Positions 13,416 through 26,688 of a stretch of 64,000 nucleotides of DNA are shown piece after piece (the first letter of the stretch is position 1; every line of letters starts with the position of its first letter). Source of the stretch: Lama guanicoe (taxonomy: Eukaryota); assembly GCA_013239625.1 (NCBI GenBank), contig MU054220.1, positions 4,341,374 through 4,405,373 of the forward strand. The letters run 5' to 3'. The notes under the pieces are model-generated. The model did no database searches. It had not been told where the DNA came from and was given only the letters and a program-made list of their open reading frames with translations. The translations under genes and the position numbers were made by a program.

Positions 13416-15071
13416 TCACGCCAGTAATACCGAAAAGCTTCAGTGGTTGCAGTCTTCCATATTTCCACTCTTCAGTGTCACCTCAGTGCCTCCACTGTTG
13501 GCATTCTGAAAATGTCCACATCTTCCTTGGGACACTCAACAGTGCGACTTCCCAGGGACTGGTTTCTTTTAGCCCCAGTGTGCGGGGTACACACACTGTG
13601 GCCACACACTACTTAGAGTGCTTAGCTCCGCCTACCTTGTAATAGAATTATTTTGTCTGGCACATCGGGCTCTCTAGAGGACCCGCCAACAGAAATCATC
13701 AAATCGCCCCTCATCTTTCTACTCCCCACGCACCTAGCAGTGTGCTTCATGTATAAAATACATTCATTTCGTGAATGCAGTGCCTTTGAAAATACATTCA
13801 GACAGACATGTTGTATTTAGAAACAATCAATTGAACAAAAAGCAAAATCTCAAAATATGTCTTCCCTGTTCACTCCCTCATGCCCACTCGATGTGGACAA
13901 CATTTGGGAAGATGAGAGGTATACCAGAGAAAAAGCAGTTGCAGTAAGTCAGCGGGTATGAGACAAGACCCTGTCTTTAACCCTCAGTTTCTCCCAGTTT
14001 TTGCCTCTTCAGGAGAAAAAAAAAATTCAAAGACAAAAACATTGTTTAATCATTAAAGCTAGAGAAAAGGACAGTTCAGGAAAAAATATATGAAGAAACT
14101 CAAGATGCCACATTCCTCCCGGGATCACTGTGAAAGCATCAAGACTGGAGAGAGGGAATCAGTCATGGCGCCCGGAGGTGCAGGTGGACAGCTCTGCCAG
14201 CCCGAAGAGTCAGCATCCAGATGTGGACACACGTGCTGATAACCATTCTTCCTGTCTAGACAAAGGTTACTATAAATACTCCTGCTCACATCACCACTGT
14301 TATCAGTCAGACATTCCAGAGGAGACGCAGCACTTTTTAAGAGAAAGTATTTTAACAATCTCAGCATGGGCCAGTTCTCTTTGGAGATTTGGAAAAAAAA
14401 AATCACACCAGCTCCTTGGTATTTCTCCTTGAACTAACCTGTCTGTGTTTTAAATATTTAAGTGAATAAAACTCAACTTCTGTATTCCTGGCCTCCAGGC
14501 CCGAGAGGTGTCAAATATCCTGCTTATAACACATGCCCGAAAGGACTGCCCTGCCTGTGGGTATGAAGCTCTGCCACTCCCATGATACCAGCAGGATGTG
14601 CTGAGGGCAGCAGAAACACCACAAGACAAGATGGTAATAAAAAATAAAAACCTTCCACTCCCAGGCAAAGCTGAGCATGGCCTTGTGGGCTAGCACAGTC
14701 AGAGGATACATGCTGTCACCTTAGAGAATGAAAGTTCTCTGGGCTGGATTATGAATACAAGGATACAAGCAAAATACATCTGCTTGCTATGTCTATGTGG
14801 CTTCTTTGCAAATCTATCAGATGTGTGTTTTTGAAGATGAATATTTGAAAGCAGTGGGAACACCCGTATGCCAAGAAGCTTTGCACAAACAGTGCAGTCG
14901 CGGAAGGACCTGAAGGTCACGCGGCTCCAGAAAAGAGCAGTACCAAGTTTTCTTCTCCCCTCGGGGAGCCCAGGGAGCTGCATGTGGGAAACTATCCTGT
15001 GGGCTGGGGTCAGTTTCACCTGGTGGTCATGACCTCTGCGAGCCTCGACAGGCGTAAGGGAGGACACTCAC

Positions 15072-15267
15072 CTGCAGCACCTGGGGGTAGTCGAAGACCT
15101 GGTGCTTGTGGCAGCGCTTTCGCACGGCCAGGCCCCCCTCGGAGAGGTTGGTGCACTTGTCCAGGACCAACACTGACTCTCCGTGCTTGGCCTGGAGCGC
15201 TTCCAGGTCCTCTCTGTACTCGGGATGGAGAGCTGTCTGTGATGACAGGAGGAAGTACTGGCGCGGC
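15072..15267 (-). CDS. EXT2: EXT2 exon 5 (196 nt)
   Basis: (G)[68 protein letters not shown] acceptor, GTGAGT donor; phases fit exons 4 and 6. Confidence 0.97.
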
Positions 15268-15577
15268 CTAGGAAGGAGGAAATGAATGACCTGGAGGTGG
15301 CAGTCGGTGTGTCAATCAAGGTGAGGCCAACTCTGATATTAAACTTACAGCAACTAGTGTTTTTTCACCCGTCTTCATTCACATCCTTGACTTTTGGGGA
15401 AATTATACTCTGTAGCATTGTTGAGTATTTACAATATTCTATACTCTAAGAAAGCAATGTATGACTCATTCACGTGCTGAAAAATATCATGCAAGCATGA
15501 AAGATTTCATTTAGGAAAAGCTCTTAACGTTTTGAGGAAATGCTTATAACATGCCAAGCTTGGGGAGCATACTTTAA

Positions 15578-15603
15578 ATGTGTGCATGTGTGTGTGTGCG
15601 TGT

Positions 15604-15635
<32 letters not shown>
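15578..15635. repeat. (TG)n / (TGCG) compound microsatellite
   Basis: Direct read of alternating purine-pyrimidine run. Confidence 0.95.
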
Positions 15636-16791
15636 AAAGAGAGAAACTGAATGACTGGTTGATTATTTAGAAGAACACCAAATGTCATCATTAGTTAGAT
15701 CCGAGTTCTCTGCTCTGAAAAGGACCTGAGAACAGGCTGCAGCCTTCAAACACGAGAACACGGGAACTTGATGGGCAGCACTGGCCGTGAAAGGAGAAGA
15801 CGTGAGACACTGCTTCCGGCTGTTGCCCAGCACCCCTGTGCTGTAGGAGAGCTCCAGGGAAGACAGCCCCCACCGTCAAGGCCATATGGACTCAGGAAGA
15901 CCAAACTGGTAGTTGAGAACAAGTGGAAAAAACTATCTTCACCAAAGGATGGAACATCTGGATATCATAGATGCTTACAAGAAAATGGAGTGATGAAAGG
16001 ACTGCCAAGGGTCTAGCACCAGTTAGCTCCACGAGAGACAAAACGTGAACACAAAGTTAGTGAGCCAGGAGTTAAGGGGAAGATGCTGGGGAGACCAGAC
16101 ATAAGTAATCCCCTCTTGGCTGACAAGATTCCCACAAGGCAAAGAGGTTACAGGGCATAAACGCTACTTAGGCTGAGGGACCAGCAGGACTCACTGTCAA
16201 AGAAAGGAATAATATAAAGCAGTTCTAGAAGAAATGACACCCCCGTCAGACCAAGGAGCTATACTCACTTAAATCCACCTCCAACTGGTACCAACCAGGG
16301 ACAACACTGAAGGTGTGCATCTCTAGGAAGTGCCACCAGGGAAGCTAATAGGAAGCTGTGCATAAGAAAGGACCGATAGTCTACAGTCTGAACCGCCCCC
16401 TCTCTTTTTCCTTCTTGCTTTGGGAAGAAAGAAAGAAAGGGTAATTGTTTTATTTTTCTTTAGTTTCTCAGACTTACTTGGAGGTTTTAGCTGGAGAAAA
16501 CCTTATGCACACACCCATGGCCAAAGAATAATCATTCTCTGAGTACATCATCATCTTTCCCGAGCATTAAGCTTCATGTCCAAAACACACAGAGCAAGGA
16601 GTGAGAAGGGGAACGCTCACCTCGCCAGCAGCTCAGCTCAACTCCAGCAAACAGAGCAACGCAGCCAGACTGCTCTAAAATCCTCAGAACTGTTTCTTTC
16701 GATAATTTCTTTCTACAGCTGAACTAAAAGCAAAGGGTACTGCCCACACCACAGGAAGGAAAGAAAGGGACAAGCTGACTCCCTAGAATGT

Positions 16792-16967
16792 CACTGTCCA
16801 ACAGCAAGAAGCCACATGAGGCCATTTAAACAGATTAAAACTTAAAATCCCATTCCTCAGTCATATTAGCCACATTTCAAGTGCCCAACAGCCACTGGTG
16901 GCCATCGGGCACCTGACAGCACAAACATAGATCATCTCATCTCTGGAAGTTCTATTTGAGAGAGCTG
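16792..16967. mobile_element. MER3-like hAT element
   Basis: ctgtccaa...ttcctcagtcatattagccacatttcaagtgc...gaagttctatt. Confidence 0.65.
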
Positions 16968-17596
16968 CCCTTGATGGCTGTGCAGACCCAGAGCCCAGGG
17001 CAGAGGCAAGCAGAGGCAAGGGAGACACGGAAGAGCAGCCCAGCAGGGAGACCAGTACAAGGCTGGTTCCTCTCATCCTGGGCAACTTCTCCCAAATTAC
17101 CTTTTATTGAACAATACGCTGAATATTTATAGCCAAAAGCATTCCTTCTAGTCACTGAAACAGACTCTTGGATTCTACTCCTAGCCCTGAGCCTCAATAA
17201 ATTTTCTTCTGTAAAAGCATTAATTTTCAGAGGGATGACTTTTGATGGAAAGATCACATATACGGAGCACTCTCGGAGTGCTTAGCTGCTTCAACAGGCA
17301 AAGGAGCTACAGTCAAACTCTCAAGATAGGCATGGAAACTGCCTTAATGCTTAAAGCTGTTTGAAAATGAACTGTCTTGTGGTGAGTTTTTTTTTTTAAA
17401 TCATAAATCAGAAAACTTTTCATTAAGAAGTTATAGTAAAAAGTCATACACTAAGTTAGAGCTAAATGGTCTCTAAAGGTCTTTCCAATTCTTAAGACAA
17501 TGGTTCTGCAGTGGATGTCATAGAGCACAGAGTTTTTCTGTGATTTTTCTGGAGACTTTCTATGTAAGAAAAGGCTGTCTAGAATGAGAATAGAAA

Positions 17597-18565
17597 TGTT
17601 GGTTGGCTGAATGGATACAAAAACAAGACCTGTATATATGCTGTCTACAAGAGACCCACTTCAGATCTAGAGAGACATACAGACAAAGTGAAGGGATGCA
17701 AAAGGGTATTCCATGCAAATGGAAACCAAAAGAAAGCTGGAGTAGCAATATTTATATCAGACAAAATAGACTTTGAAATTAAGGCTGTTAGAAGACACAG
17801 AGAAGGACGCTACATAATGGTCAAGGGATCAATCCAAGAAAAAGATATAACAGTTGTAAATACATATACACCCAACATTGGAGCACCTCAATATATAAGG
17901 CAACTGTTAACAGGCATAAAAGGAGAAATAGACAGCAACACAGTAGTGGTGCAGGACCTTAACACCCACTTACATCCATGGATCATCCAGACAGAAAATC
18001 AATAAGGAAATACAGGCCTTAAATGACACATTAGATCAGATAGACTTGATCAATATTTATAGAGCAGTCCATCTGAAAGCAGCAGAATACACATTGTTCC
18101 AAGTGCACACAGGACATTCTCCAGGATAGATCACATGCTGGGCCACAAAGTAAGCCTTGGTAAACTTAAGAAAACTGAAATCTTGTCAAGCATCTTTTCT
18201 GACCACAATGCTATGAGATTAGAAATCAACTACAAGAAAAAAACCTGCAAAAAACACAAATGCTTGGAGGCTAAACAATATGCTACTAAACAACCAATGA
18301 ATGACTGAAGAAATCAAAAAATATCTAGTTACAAATGAGAACGAAAACATGATGATTCAAAACCTATGGGATGCAGCAAAAGAAGTTCTCAGAGGGAAGT
18401 TTATAGTGATAAAAACTTACCTCAGGAAACAAGAAAAATCTCAAATAAACAACCTAACTTTACACCTAAAGCAACTAGAGAAAGAATAAACAAAACCCAA
18501 AGTTAGTAGAAGGAAAGAAATCATAAAGATCAGAGTAGAAATAAATGAAGTAGACACTAAGAATA
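17597..18565 (+). mobile_element. LINE-1 ORF2 endonuclease-region fragment, decayed
   Basis: Frameshifted peptides FHANGNQKKAGVAIFISDKIDF...YTPNIGAP and QNLWDAAKEVLRGKFI are L1 ORF2p. Confidence 0.92.
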
Positions 18566-20811
18566 GACATGTGGGGATCCAAGAGAGTGTCCACGCAGGA
18601 GGCTGTGGGGTGCTGGAGTCCTGGAGGGAAGAGGGTGTTTCTGCATGGGGTGGGACAGAGATGGTCCAGAGAGAGTGTTGAAGGCCTAGTAGGGGGAGAG
18701 CTTCTATTTGGGAGACAAGCAAGGAGGTGGCCTGGCACAGGTATGAGATCCCTAAAAGAGTGACTAATGTTTCTGAACTAGGGGAAGGGGTAGGGGTAGC
18801 TATGGCAATGCAGCACAGGATGCTGGAGACCGAGTGAGGTTAGGAAGACATCTGGGTAGCCAGGACAGTGTCAGAGCCTGGGCAGGCTGAAAAGGGTGGT
18901 GGGGAAGGTGATGGCAGCAGGAGCATCCCTCCAATGTGGGCTGTCAGAACCCAAGAAGGGGGAGGAGGGTATGTGCACTGGGGTGTGAGCGGGAGACAGC
19001 AGCAGGAGCACAATGTGGGGATGCAGGAGTCAGGGTGGGGAGGGCATCTGTGCAGGGAAGGGGGCAAGAGGGTCGGTCAAAAAGTAAAGATACTGAGGGT
19101 AATGGGAGCTGGATTTCTCACTGCCAGAGAAGGGATTTACAAATATATAAAGAGGGAAAACCAGAATGCCCCTGTGGTGTTGTTTGGAATTGGAGATACC
19201 AATACGAATGCATAGTTTTCAATAAACATAGAGAGAGAGATCCATGTATACAGACAGAGAGATAAATACATATGCTAACACACATGGTGCTCAAAGCAGC
19301 TCTTGTGTAAAGAAAGTGTGGGTTAGATTTCACTGTTAAGAAACATGGTTCTATTTTAGACACTCAGTCACCAGGCTCACTGGTCCCCACCCGACCACAA
19401 CGCCATTTCCTATACCAGTGTGCAGATGTGAACAAGAGTCTAAAAATGTTCCCCCTGCTTACACGCTGGCTTTCCCCGATCTGGCAGATGGTTGGTTGAT
19501 GGGGGAGGCCCATTTTAGTTTTAAGCAAATAAAAATTTAAGGTGAATTTGTTTTTCTTTCAAGGACTAAAATTACCAGCTATGACTTTCATGTTTCCTCC
19601 CAGCAGTGCTGATATCGAAGCTTAAGTAAAATCACGCTGAGAACTCGAAGTCTCCCTCAATAGTAACAGCTGTAAACCCCCAATTTAGTTCCTTTTGGAG
19701 AGAACATGACAAGAATTCCAGCTGAGGCCAACACAGCTGTGAGAAGAAGCTATCAATAGCAACAACCCTTAGCTTCCCATTGAAAAATATTGAGAGAGAT
19801 TTAAAATAAAAATAAAAACAAAGCTCTTGCTACTCTATGCAGCCCTCAAGAGATGTGGGAATTCCCTTCAAAAGCAACTCTCACAAAGAGCAGCAGATCC
19901 CAAATGTTGCCACGGGGTCACCCATACTGCCTCCTCCCAAGTGCCTGGAAAGGGTGATGAGTCTGGGGCCTGTCTTTGCTTTCTTTTTCCTTTTCTTTTC
20001 TTTTCTTTTTCCAGAGTGTTGTTTATAAAAGCAACACCACAACTGCTGGGTCAAACTGCAAGCCAGTGGGGAAACAGAGAGGTGGGTCCAAGTCAGGCTG
20101 TAGAATCCACCTCTTGGCCAGCAGAGGGAGGGCCATGCCATAGCGCATTCAGCATCCTTCTGCGGCCCTTGAAGATGGACGGTTCCTCTCTCTAGCTGCC
20201 GAAACTCAGAACTTCAGAAATCAACTGTGACCTGAAATGACCTAAAAATCTTAATTTCTATCGAGTTTATACATAAAGATTAGAGATTAAGTTACCAAGA
20301 AAATACCACCGATAGAGCAGCTTGTAAATCTCTGAAACTATTCCTTGAAAATAATGTTTACTTTTCAGAATGATTTATTCTCCTTCATTTTTTTTCATTT
20401 TCTAGTTTTATTAGGTAGAATTGTCACAACTTGACTGTACATATACAATATATTGCATGTAAATACATATATATTGTACATTTTTTTTACAATTTACACA
20501 TATGTACTGTTCATTGTTTCTAAGAACATTTAGAGCTTTAGCTTTTGAAACTTACATAGTTATCAAAGGAATAAAGCCAACCACTCCATTTTGTTTTCAC
20601 TGAGTCTTTTGCTTTTGGCATGTTTTTCTCCCTGGATTCAATCTGAAGGGCGGTGAGAGTCCTAAACCAATATAAGAGAGCTAGACTACACCCCAGAGAT
20701 TGGATGATAAAGAGAGTTAGGTGCAAGCAGCCTTAAGAAAGAACCCCAGAGCAGCCGAGCCAGCCTGTGGGGCCAGACTCCCCTGCTCCCCGTCTCGCTC
20801 AGGCCAGCTCG

Positions 20812-21530
20812 GCCACAGCACTACTGACATTTGGACCCCGTAATTCTTTGCTGAGGGGATGTCCTGTGCATCGTAGAGGTTTAGCAGCATCACCAGCCTC
20901 CACACACTAGATACCAGAGCACCCTGCGCACCACAGAGTTAACACAGCAGGCCTGACACTCTCTTCTTTGGAAGGCTGGCCCTCGGCTGGTGTGTGGGAA
21001 CTTCAATTTTGGAGGAGAACTGATAAGAGTGGCTCACTGGGCCCAAACTGTACAAAGAGCAGGGTTTATGCTGAGTACTGCTTTTCCTTCTGGAAGTCTG
21101 GAATTATGGCACGTGCCGAGCAGAGACAGCCCACGTGACTAACTCCCAATAAAACCCCTGGGTGCTGAGTCTCTAACGAGCTCCCCTGGAGGGCAACATT
21201 TCACACGTGTTGTCGCACCCTGTTGCTGGGGGACCGACGCCCCTCCTGTGTGACGTCGAGGGAAGAGCACCCTTGGAAGCTTGCCCCTGGCTTCCCCAGC
21301 CTTCACCCCGTGCGCCTCTCCCCTCTGCGGACTGTGCTTTACATCCTTTTGCTGTAATAAATCACAGCCACGAGTACGTCTACATACTGAGTCCTGTGGC
21401 ACATCATCAAAACTGGAGTGGGCTTAGCGACCCCGACACACGCCCTCAGTCATGCCAGTCAGAACGGCTGCAAGGATGGCCAGAGGTCCCCAGAGAGGGG
21501 CAAAATCAACCCCTCCCCTGCTGAGAACCA
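20812..21530. mobile_element. MER20 (hAT-Charlie) split by the LTR
   Basis: Left half cagcactactgacatttggac...ttagcagcatc; right half ggggcaaaatc...ctgagaacca resumes after the LTR. Confidence 0.7.
20925..21440 (+). mobile_element. Solo ERVL-class LTR (MER68-like) nested in a MER20
   Basis: TG...CA termini, start gagttaacacagcaggcctga, internal AATAAA; 5-bp TSD caccc (20920-20924) / cgccc (21441-21445). Confidence 0.75.
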
Positions 21531-22663
21531 CCAGCCTGGCCACACTTGGTCCAAATAGGCCTGCAACAAAAGTGTGATTTGAACTGAAGTGGATGGAACC
21601 ACACTGAATTAAGTAATCTCCAGAACAATAGAAAAAGAAAAGAAAAAGAAAAAAGGTTAAAAAAAAACCTATTTAAAATCACACAATTTGTTTACAGTAA
21701 ATGCTCACAGAAGTGGCAAGCAGAGGAGTAAACTTGTATTCAATTTCAACTGACTTTTCTCTATTCATTAGCGTCTTCATGTGCAGTGCTGCACAAACAG
21801 GCCAAATCAAGATCCTAGGTACATGACTGAAACTCGTACTGCCCCAAAGGGTACCAGCTGGGCTTGCACAGATCATCCTTTCTCAACTTATGGAAATCCA
21901 GTCTCAAAACATGGCATTGAACTGCATCAGTTTTTCCAGTCTGCAAATTCTTTGTAGATTTATTTTTGTATTTTCCCCTTGGCGATGATCAAAAAATTAG
22001 CATAGGCATATTTTTTCTCATATTTAATGATGCATGCTGCTAAAAATTTTTCATTGTTTTCATTGTTCAAGTTCATATTTGATGCGCTAATAGGAAGAGA
22101 AGGAAGACTTAAAGTGTAAATCATGTGAGGCAAGTACAGTAAAACGTTAGGGGTAAAATCTAAGTGATGGGCATACAGGTGTGCACCATAAAATTTTTTT
22201 ACCTTTGCTATCTGCTTGAAGATTTTCGTAAGAAATGTTGGGGAAAAAATATAAATCATGTACCTGTACCAGAGGAAGAGAAATAATGTCACAGTAGACT
22301 ATATAAAGGGAAGCTTCCTAGTGGCTCAAACAGCAGAAGTGGCAGGGAAGAAGTACGTCACCACCCGGCACGCAACAGTGTAGGCATGCAAACCCCAAAA
22401 TCCTGTAATGAAGACACAATTCAGTCACAAAGAAAAAGCCTCACCTACGACATTATGTTAACCTGAACGTTATTAGTTTTGTAGATTTGTTTGCGTTTAA
22501 TTTGTAAATCTGTTCCAGTTTTGTTGTTGTACAAGAACAAGGCAGTTTAGATTATTATTTATTTGTACTTATTCAAGATGTCCTATTTATTTTTTTAAAA
22601 GTTTATTTGAAGTATATATTTACAATATTGTGCTAGTTTCTGGGGTACAGCAAAGTGACTCAA

Positions 22664-22762
22664 TTATATATATTTATACTTTTATATATAAACGTATATA
22701 TAATATATATATATTTATACTTTTATATATAAACGTATAATATATATATATTTATACTTTTT
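22664..22762. repeat. TA-rich tandem expansion inside L1 3' UTR
   Basis: Unit tatatatttatacttttatatataaacgtata repeated about 2.5 times. Confidence 0.85.
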
Positions 22763-24165
22763 CAGATTCTTTTCCATTATAGGTTATTACAAGATATTGA
22801 AAGTAGTTTCCTGTGCTATGTTGTAAATCCTTGTTTATCTATTTTACATATAGTAGTGTACCTCTGTTAATCCCAAGCACCTAATTTATCCCTCTCGCCC
22901 CCTTTCCCCTTTGGTAACCGTAAGTTTGTTTTCTATGTCTGTGAGTCTATTTCTGTTTTGTAAATGAGTTCACTTGTATCACTTTTTAGATTCCACATAT
23001 AAGTGGTATCACATATTTGTCTTACTCTTCTGACTTAATTCACTTAGTAGGATAATCTCTAAGTCCAACCATGTTGCTGCAAGTGGCATTATTTCACTCT
23101 TTTTCATGGCTGAGTAATATTCCGTTGTATGTGTATACCATATCTTCTTTATCCAGTCATCCACTGATGGATACTTAGGTTGCTTCCATGCCTTGGCTAT
23201 TGTAAATAGTGCTGCTATGAACACTGGGGTTCATTATCTTTTTGAATTAGAGTTTTCATCTTTTCCAGATATATGGCCAGGAGTGGGACTGCCAGATAAT
23301 ATGGTAACTCTACTTTTAGTTTTTAAAGGAACCTCCATACTGTTCTCCACAGTGGCTTCACCAATGTACATTCCTACCAACTGTGCAGGAGGGTTTCCTT
23401 TTTTCCACACCCTCTTCAGTATTTATTGTTTATGGACTTTTTAATGATGGCCATTCTGAGCGGTGTAAGGTGGTACCTCATTATAGTTTTGATTTGTATT
23501 TCTCTGATACTTAGCAATGCTGAGCATCTTTTAGTGTGCCTACTGGCCATCTGTATGTTTTTGGAGAAATGTCTGTTTAGGTCTTCTTCCCATTTTTTGA
23601 TTGAGTTGTTTAGTTTTTTGATATTAAGCTGTATGAGCTGTTTATTTTGGAAATTAATCCCTTGTTGGTTGCATTGCTGCAAAAATTTTCTTCTAGTCCG
23701 TAGGCTGTCTTTTCATTTTGTTTATGGTTTCCCTTTGCTGTGCAGAAGTTTGTAAGTTTGATTAGATCCTATCTGTTTATTTTTACTTTTATTTCTATTG
23801 CCTTGGGAGACTGACCTCAGAACACATTGCTACGATTTATGTCAGAGAATGTTTTGCCTATGTTCTCTTCTAGGAGTTTTATGGTGTCATGTGTTACATT
23901 TAAGTCTTTAAGCCATTTTGAGTTTATTTTTGTGCAAGGTGTGAGCAAGTGCTCCAACTTTATTGATTTACAGACAGCTGTACAGTTTTCCCAACACCAC
24001 TTGCTGAAGAGACTGTCTTTTCTCCACAGTATATTCTTACCTCCTTTGTTGAAGATTAATTGACTGTAGGTGTGGGGATTTATTTCTGGGCTCTCAATAT
24101 TCTGTTCCATTGATCCATATGTCTGTTTTTGTGTCAATACCATGCTGTTTGATTACTGTAACTCA

Positions 24166-24303
24166 GGGGGAAGTGTATAGCTCAGTGGTACAGTGCATGC
24201 CTAGCATGCACAAGGTCCTGGGTTCAATCCCCAGTACCTCCACCAAAAGTAATAAATAAATAGATAAACCTAATTACACCTCCCCCCCCACCCCCCCAAA
24301 AAA
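24166..24303 (+). mobile_element. tRNA-derived SINE (camelid Vic-1-like) inserted in L1
   Basis: TAGCTCAGTGG A box, GGGTTCAATCCC B box, AAACCTAATTAC tail; duplicated tgattactgt at 24150-24159 and 24311-24320. Confidence 0.88.
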
Positions 24304-24569
24304 GACAGAATGATTACTGTGGTTTTGTAATATTGTCTGAAGTCTGGAAGGGTTATGCCTCCAGCTTTGTTCTATTTCCTTAGGACTGCTTTAGCAATTC
24401 CGGGTCTTCTGTGGTTCCATATAAATAATAAGATTATTTGTTTCAGTTTTGTGAAAAATGTCATAGGTAATTTGATAGGGATCCCATTAAATCTGTAGCA
24501 TGCAAGTTGCCCTATTTTAAAAAGCAGTTAAAATGCAAGGGACCTTGAATTACCTTTTGAAGTAATTCA

Positions 24570-25980
24570 AAGCTATAGTGATCAAGACAGTGTGGTAGTG
24601 GCACTAGGACAGACATATACACCAACGGAATAGAACTGAGAGTTCAGAAATAAACCCATACATCTGTGGCCAGTTGATTTTCAACAATGTGCCATGATCA
24701 TTCAATGGGAAAAGAATAGTCTTTTCAACTAGTATGGCTAAGAGAACTGAAAATCCACAAGTAAAAGAATGAAGCTGGACCCGTACCTCATACCATACAC
24801 AAAAATTAACTCAAAATAGATCAAAAACCAAAATATAAGAGCTAAAACTATAAAAATGCTTAGAAGAAAACACAGGTGCAGACAATGGTTTCTTAAGAAT
24901 AACACCAAAAATGCAAGCAACCAAAGGAAAAATAGACAAATTGGACTTTTATCAAAATTAGAAACATTTGTGCATCAGACATTATCAAAAAAGTGAAAAG
25001 ACAGCCTACAGAATGGGAGAAGATATCTGCAAATCATATATCTAATAAGAATCTAGTATCTAAAAGATATAAAAGAATTCTTACAAGTCAACAATAAAAA
25101 CACATCCCAATTTAAAAATGGGCAAATGATTTGAATAGACATTTCTCCAAAGTGGGTATATAAATTTTCATGGCCAATAAGCACACGAAAAGATACTCAA
25201 CACTATTAATTAGAGAAATGCAAATCAAAACCACAGTGATTCTGCTCCACATCCACTAGGGTGGGTAGAATAAAAGACAATAATAAGTGTTGACAAGGAT
25301 GTGAAGATATTGGAACCTTCATACATTGCTGTTAAAAATGTAAAATGGTGCAGCAGCTTTCAAAAACATTCTGGCAGTTTCTCAAAAAGTTAAACATAGA
25401 GTGAACATATGACTCAGCAATTCTACTCCTCAGTATGTACCCAAGGGAACTGAAAGTATATTTACACAAAAACTTGTACATGAATGTTTACAGAAGCATT
25501 ATTCATAATGGCTAAAAAACAGAATAACCCAATGTCTCCCAACTGAAGAATGGACAAACAAAATGTGGTATATCCATATGAGAAAATATTATTAAGCCAA
25601 AGAAGGAATGAAGTATTGGTTCTATTCTACAAAATGGATAAAATTTGAACCATTATGCTAAGTGAAAGAAGGCAGAGACAAAAGGTCACGTATTGTATGA
25701 CTACATTTATATAAAATGTCCAGAATGGGAAAATCCATAGAGACAGAAAGCAGATTAGTAGCTGTTGTCGGCAGAGGGGTGGTAAAGTTTGGGGGCAGGG
25801 ACAGAGTGCCTGCTAAGAGGTATTGGGTTTATTTTGGGGGTGCTGAAAACGTTCTGGAATTAGATAGCAGTGATTAGATGACAGTTGTACAGTTTTGTGA
25901 ATATACCAAAAACACTGAATTGTATACTCTGAAAGAATGACTTTCATGGTATATGAACTACATCTCAATTAAAATAAATT
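24570..25980 (+). mobile_element. Older LINE-1 3' portion (L1MB-like)
   Basis: Decayed ORF2 3' end followed by an L1MB-type terminus (gttctggaattagatag...ctacatctcaattaaa). Confidence 0.85.
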
Positions 25981-26530
25981 AAGTCAATTTTGGGAGTCCA
26001 CTAACAGAGGATGATGACCTAAGCAACAAGTTTGGTCTTTCTTTGCACTTGCATGTTGGCAGGGAAAAAATATTTGAAGTTCACCTGGGATTTATACATT
26101 GTCTATGAACATTTGCTCTGCCTAAAGGAAGTTCCAGAATTTGGTCCTGGGCCACACGGGAGAACATAGGCACAGGAGTGAAATGTCTTCTCTTTGGAAA
26201 AGTTCTCCTACTTCTTGAAGAATCCATAAAGGTTTCTCAGGGGAAGTCTGGAATGCTTCAAGAATAGTTCTAATGTTCTGTGAGCAAACTATTTCCTTGA
26301 GACTCATGTCTGACACCAAATGCAATGTATGGGTTTTTAGATCTCATCCAGTATGTATAACATTTCTAGTGTGGCAATATACAAATCAGTCACCTTCATG
26401 CATGAGCACTTGTCACAGAAGTAAAGACTGCTATTATCATAATGTTTGCTTAAAGCTCATTAAGATTCTCACCATGAATTAACACAATTTTTAGACTACA
26501 GCACAAAAGAAGGAGAAGGAGGGGGGGGAG

Positions 26531-26688
26531 NNNNNNNNNNNNNNNNNNNNNNNNNNNNNNNNNNNNNNNNNNNNNNNNNNNNNNNNNNNNNNNNNNNNNN
26601 NNNNNNNNNNNNNNNNNNNNNNNNNNNNNNNNNNNNNNNNNNNNNNNNNNNNNNNNNNNNNNNNNNNNNNNNNNNNNNNNNNNNNNNN
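26531..26688. other. Assembly gap (158 N) inside a purine-rich GAA/GGA repeat
   Basis: N run flanked by aagaaggagaagga and aagaagaagaggaagaagaag. Confidence 0.99.

Larger units (their letters stand above)
22585..24498 (-). mobile_element. LINE-1 3' portion (ORF2 C-terminus, 3' UTR, A-rich tail), interrupted by a SINE
   Basis: Minus-strand peptides [45 protein letters not shown]; 3' UTR with TA expansion; T-rich tail near 22585-22608. Confidence 0.92.

Noticed and set aside
24166..24240. tRNA gene
   Set aside because: The tRNA-like head is followed by a SINE tail and flanked by a duplication, and a second diverged copy lies at 2061-2180; it is a SINE.
24490..24580. Twin-priming inversion of a single L1
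   Set aside because: The two arms cover overlapping ORF2 sequence, each has its own different 3' terminus, and they differ in decay, so they are independent insertions.
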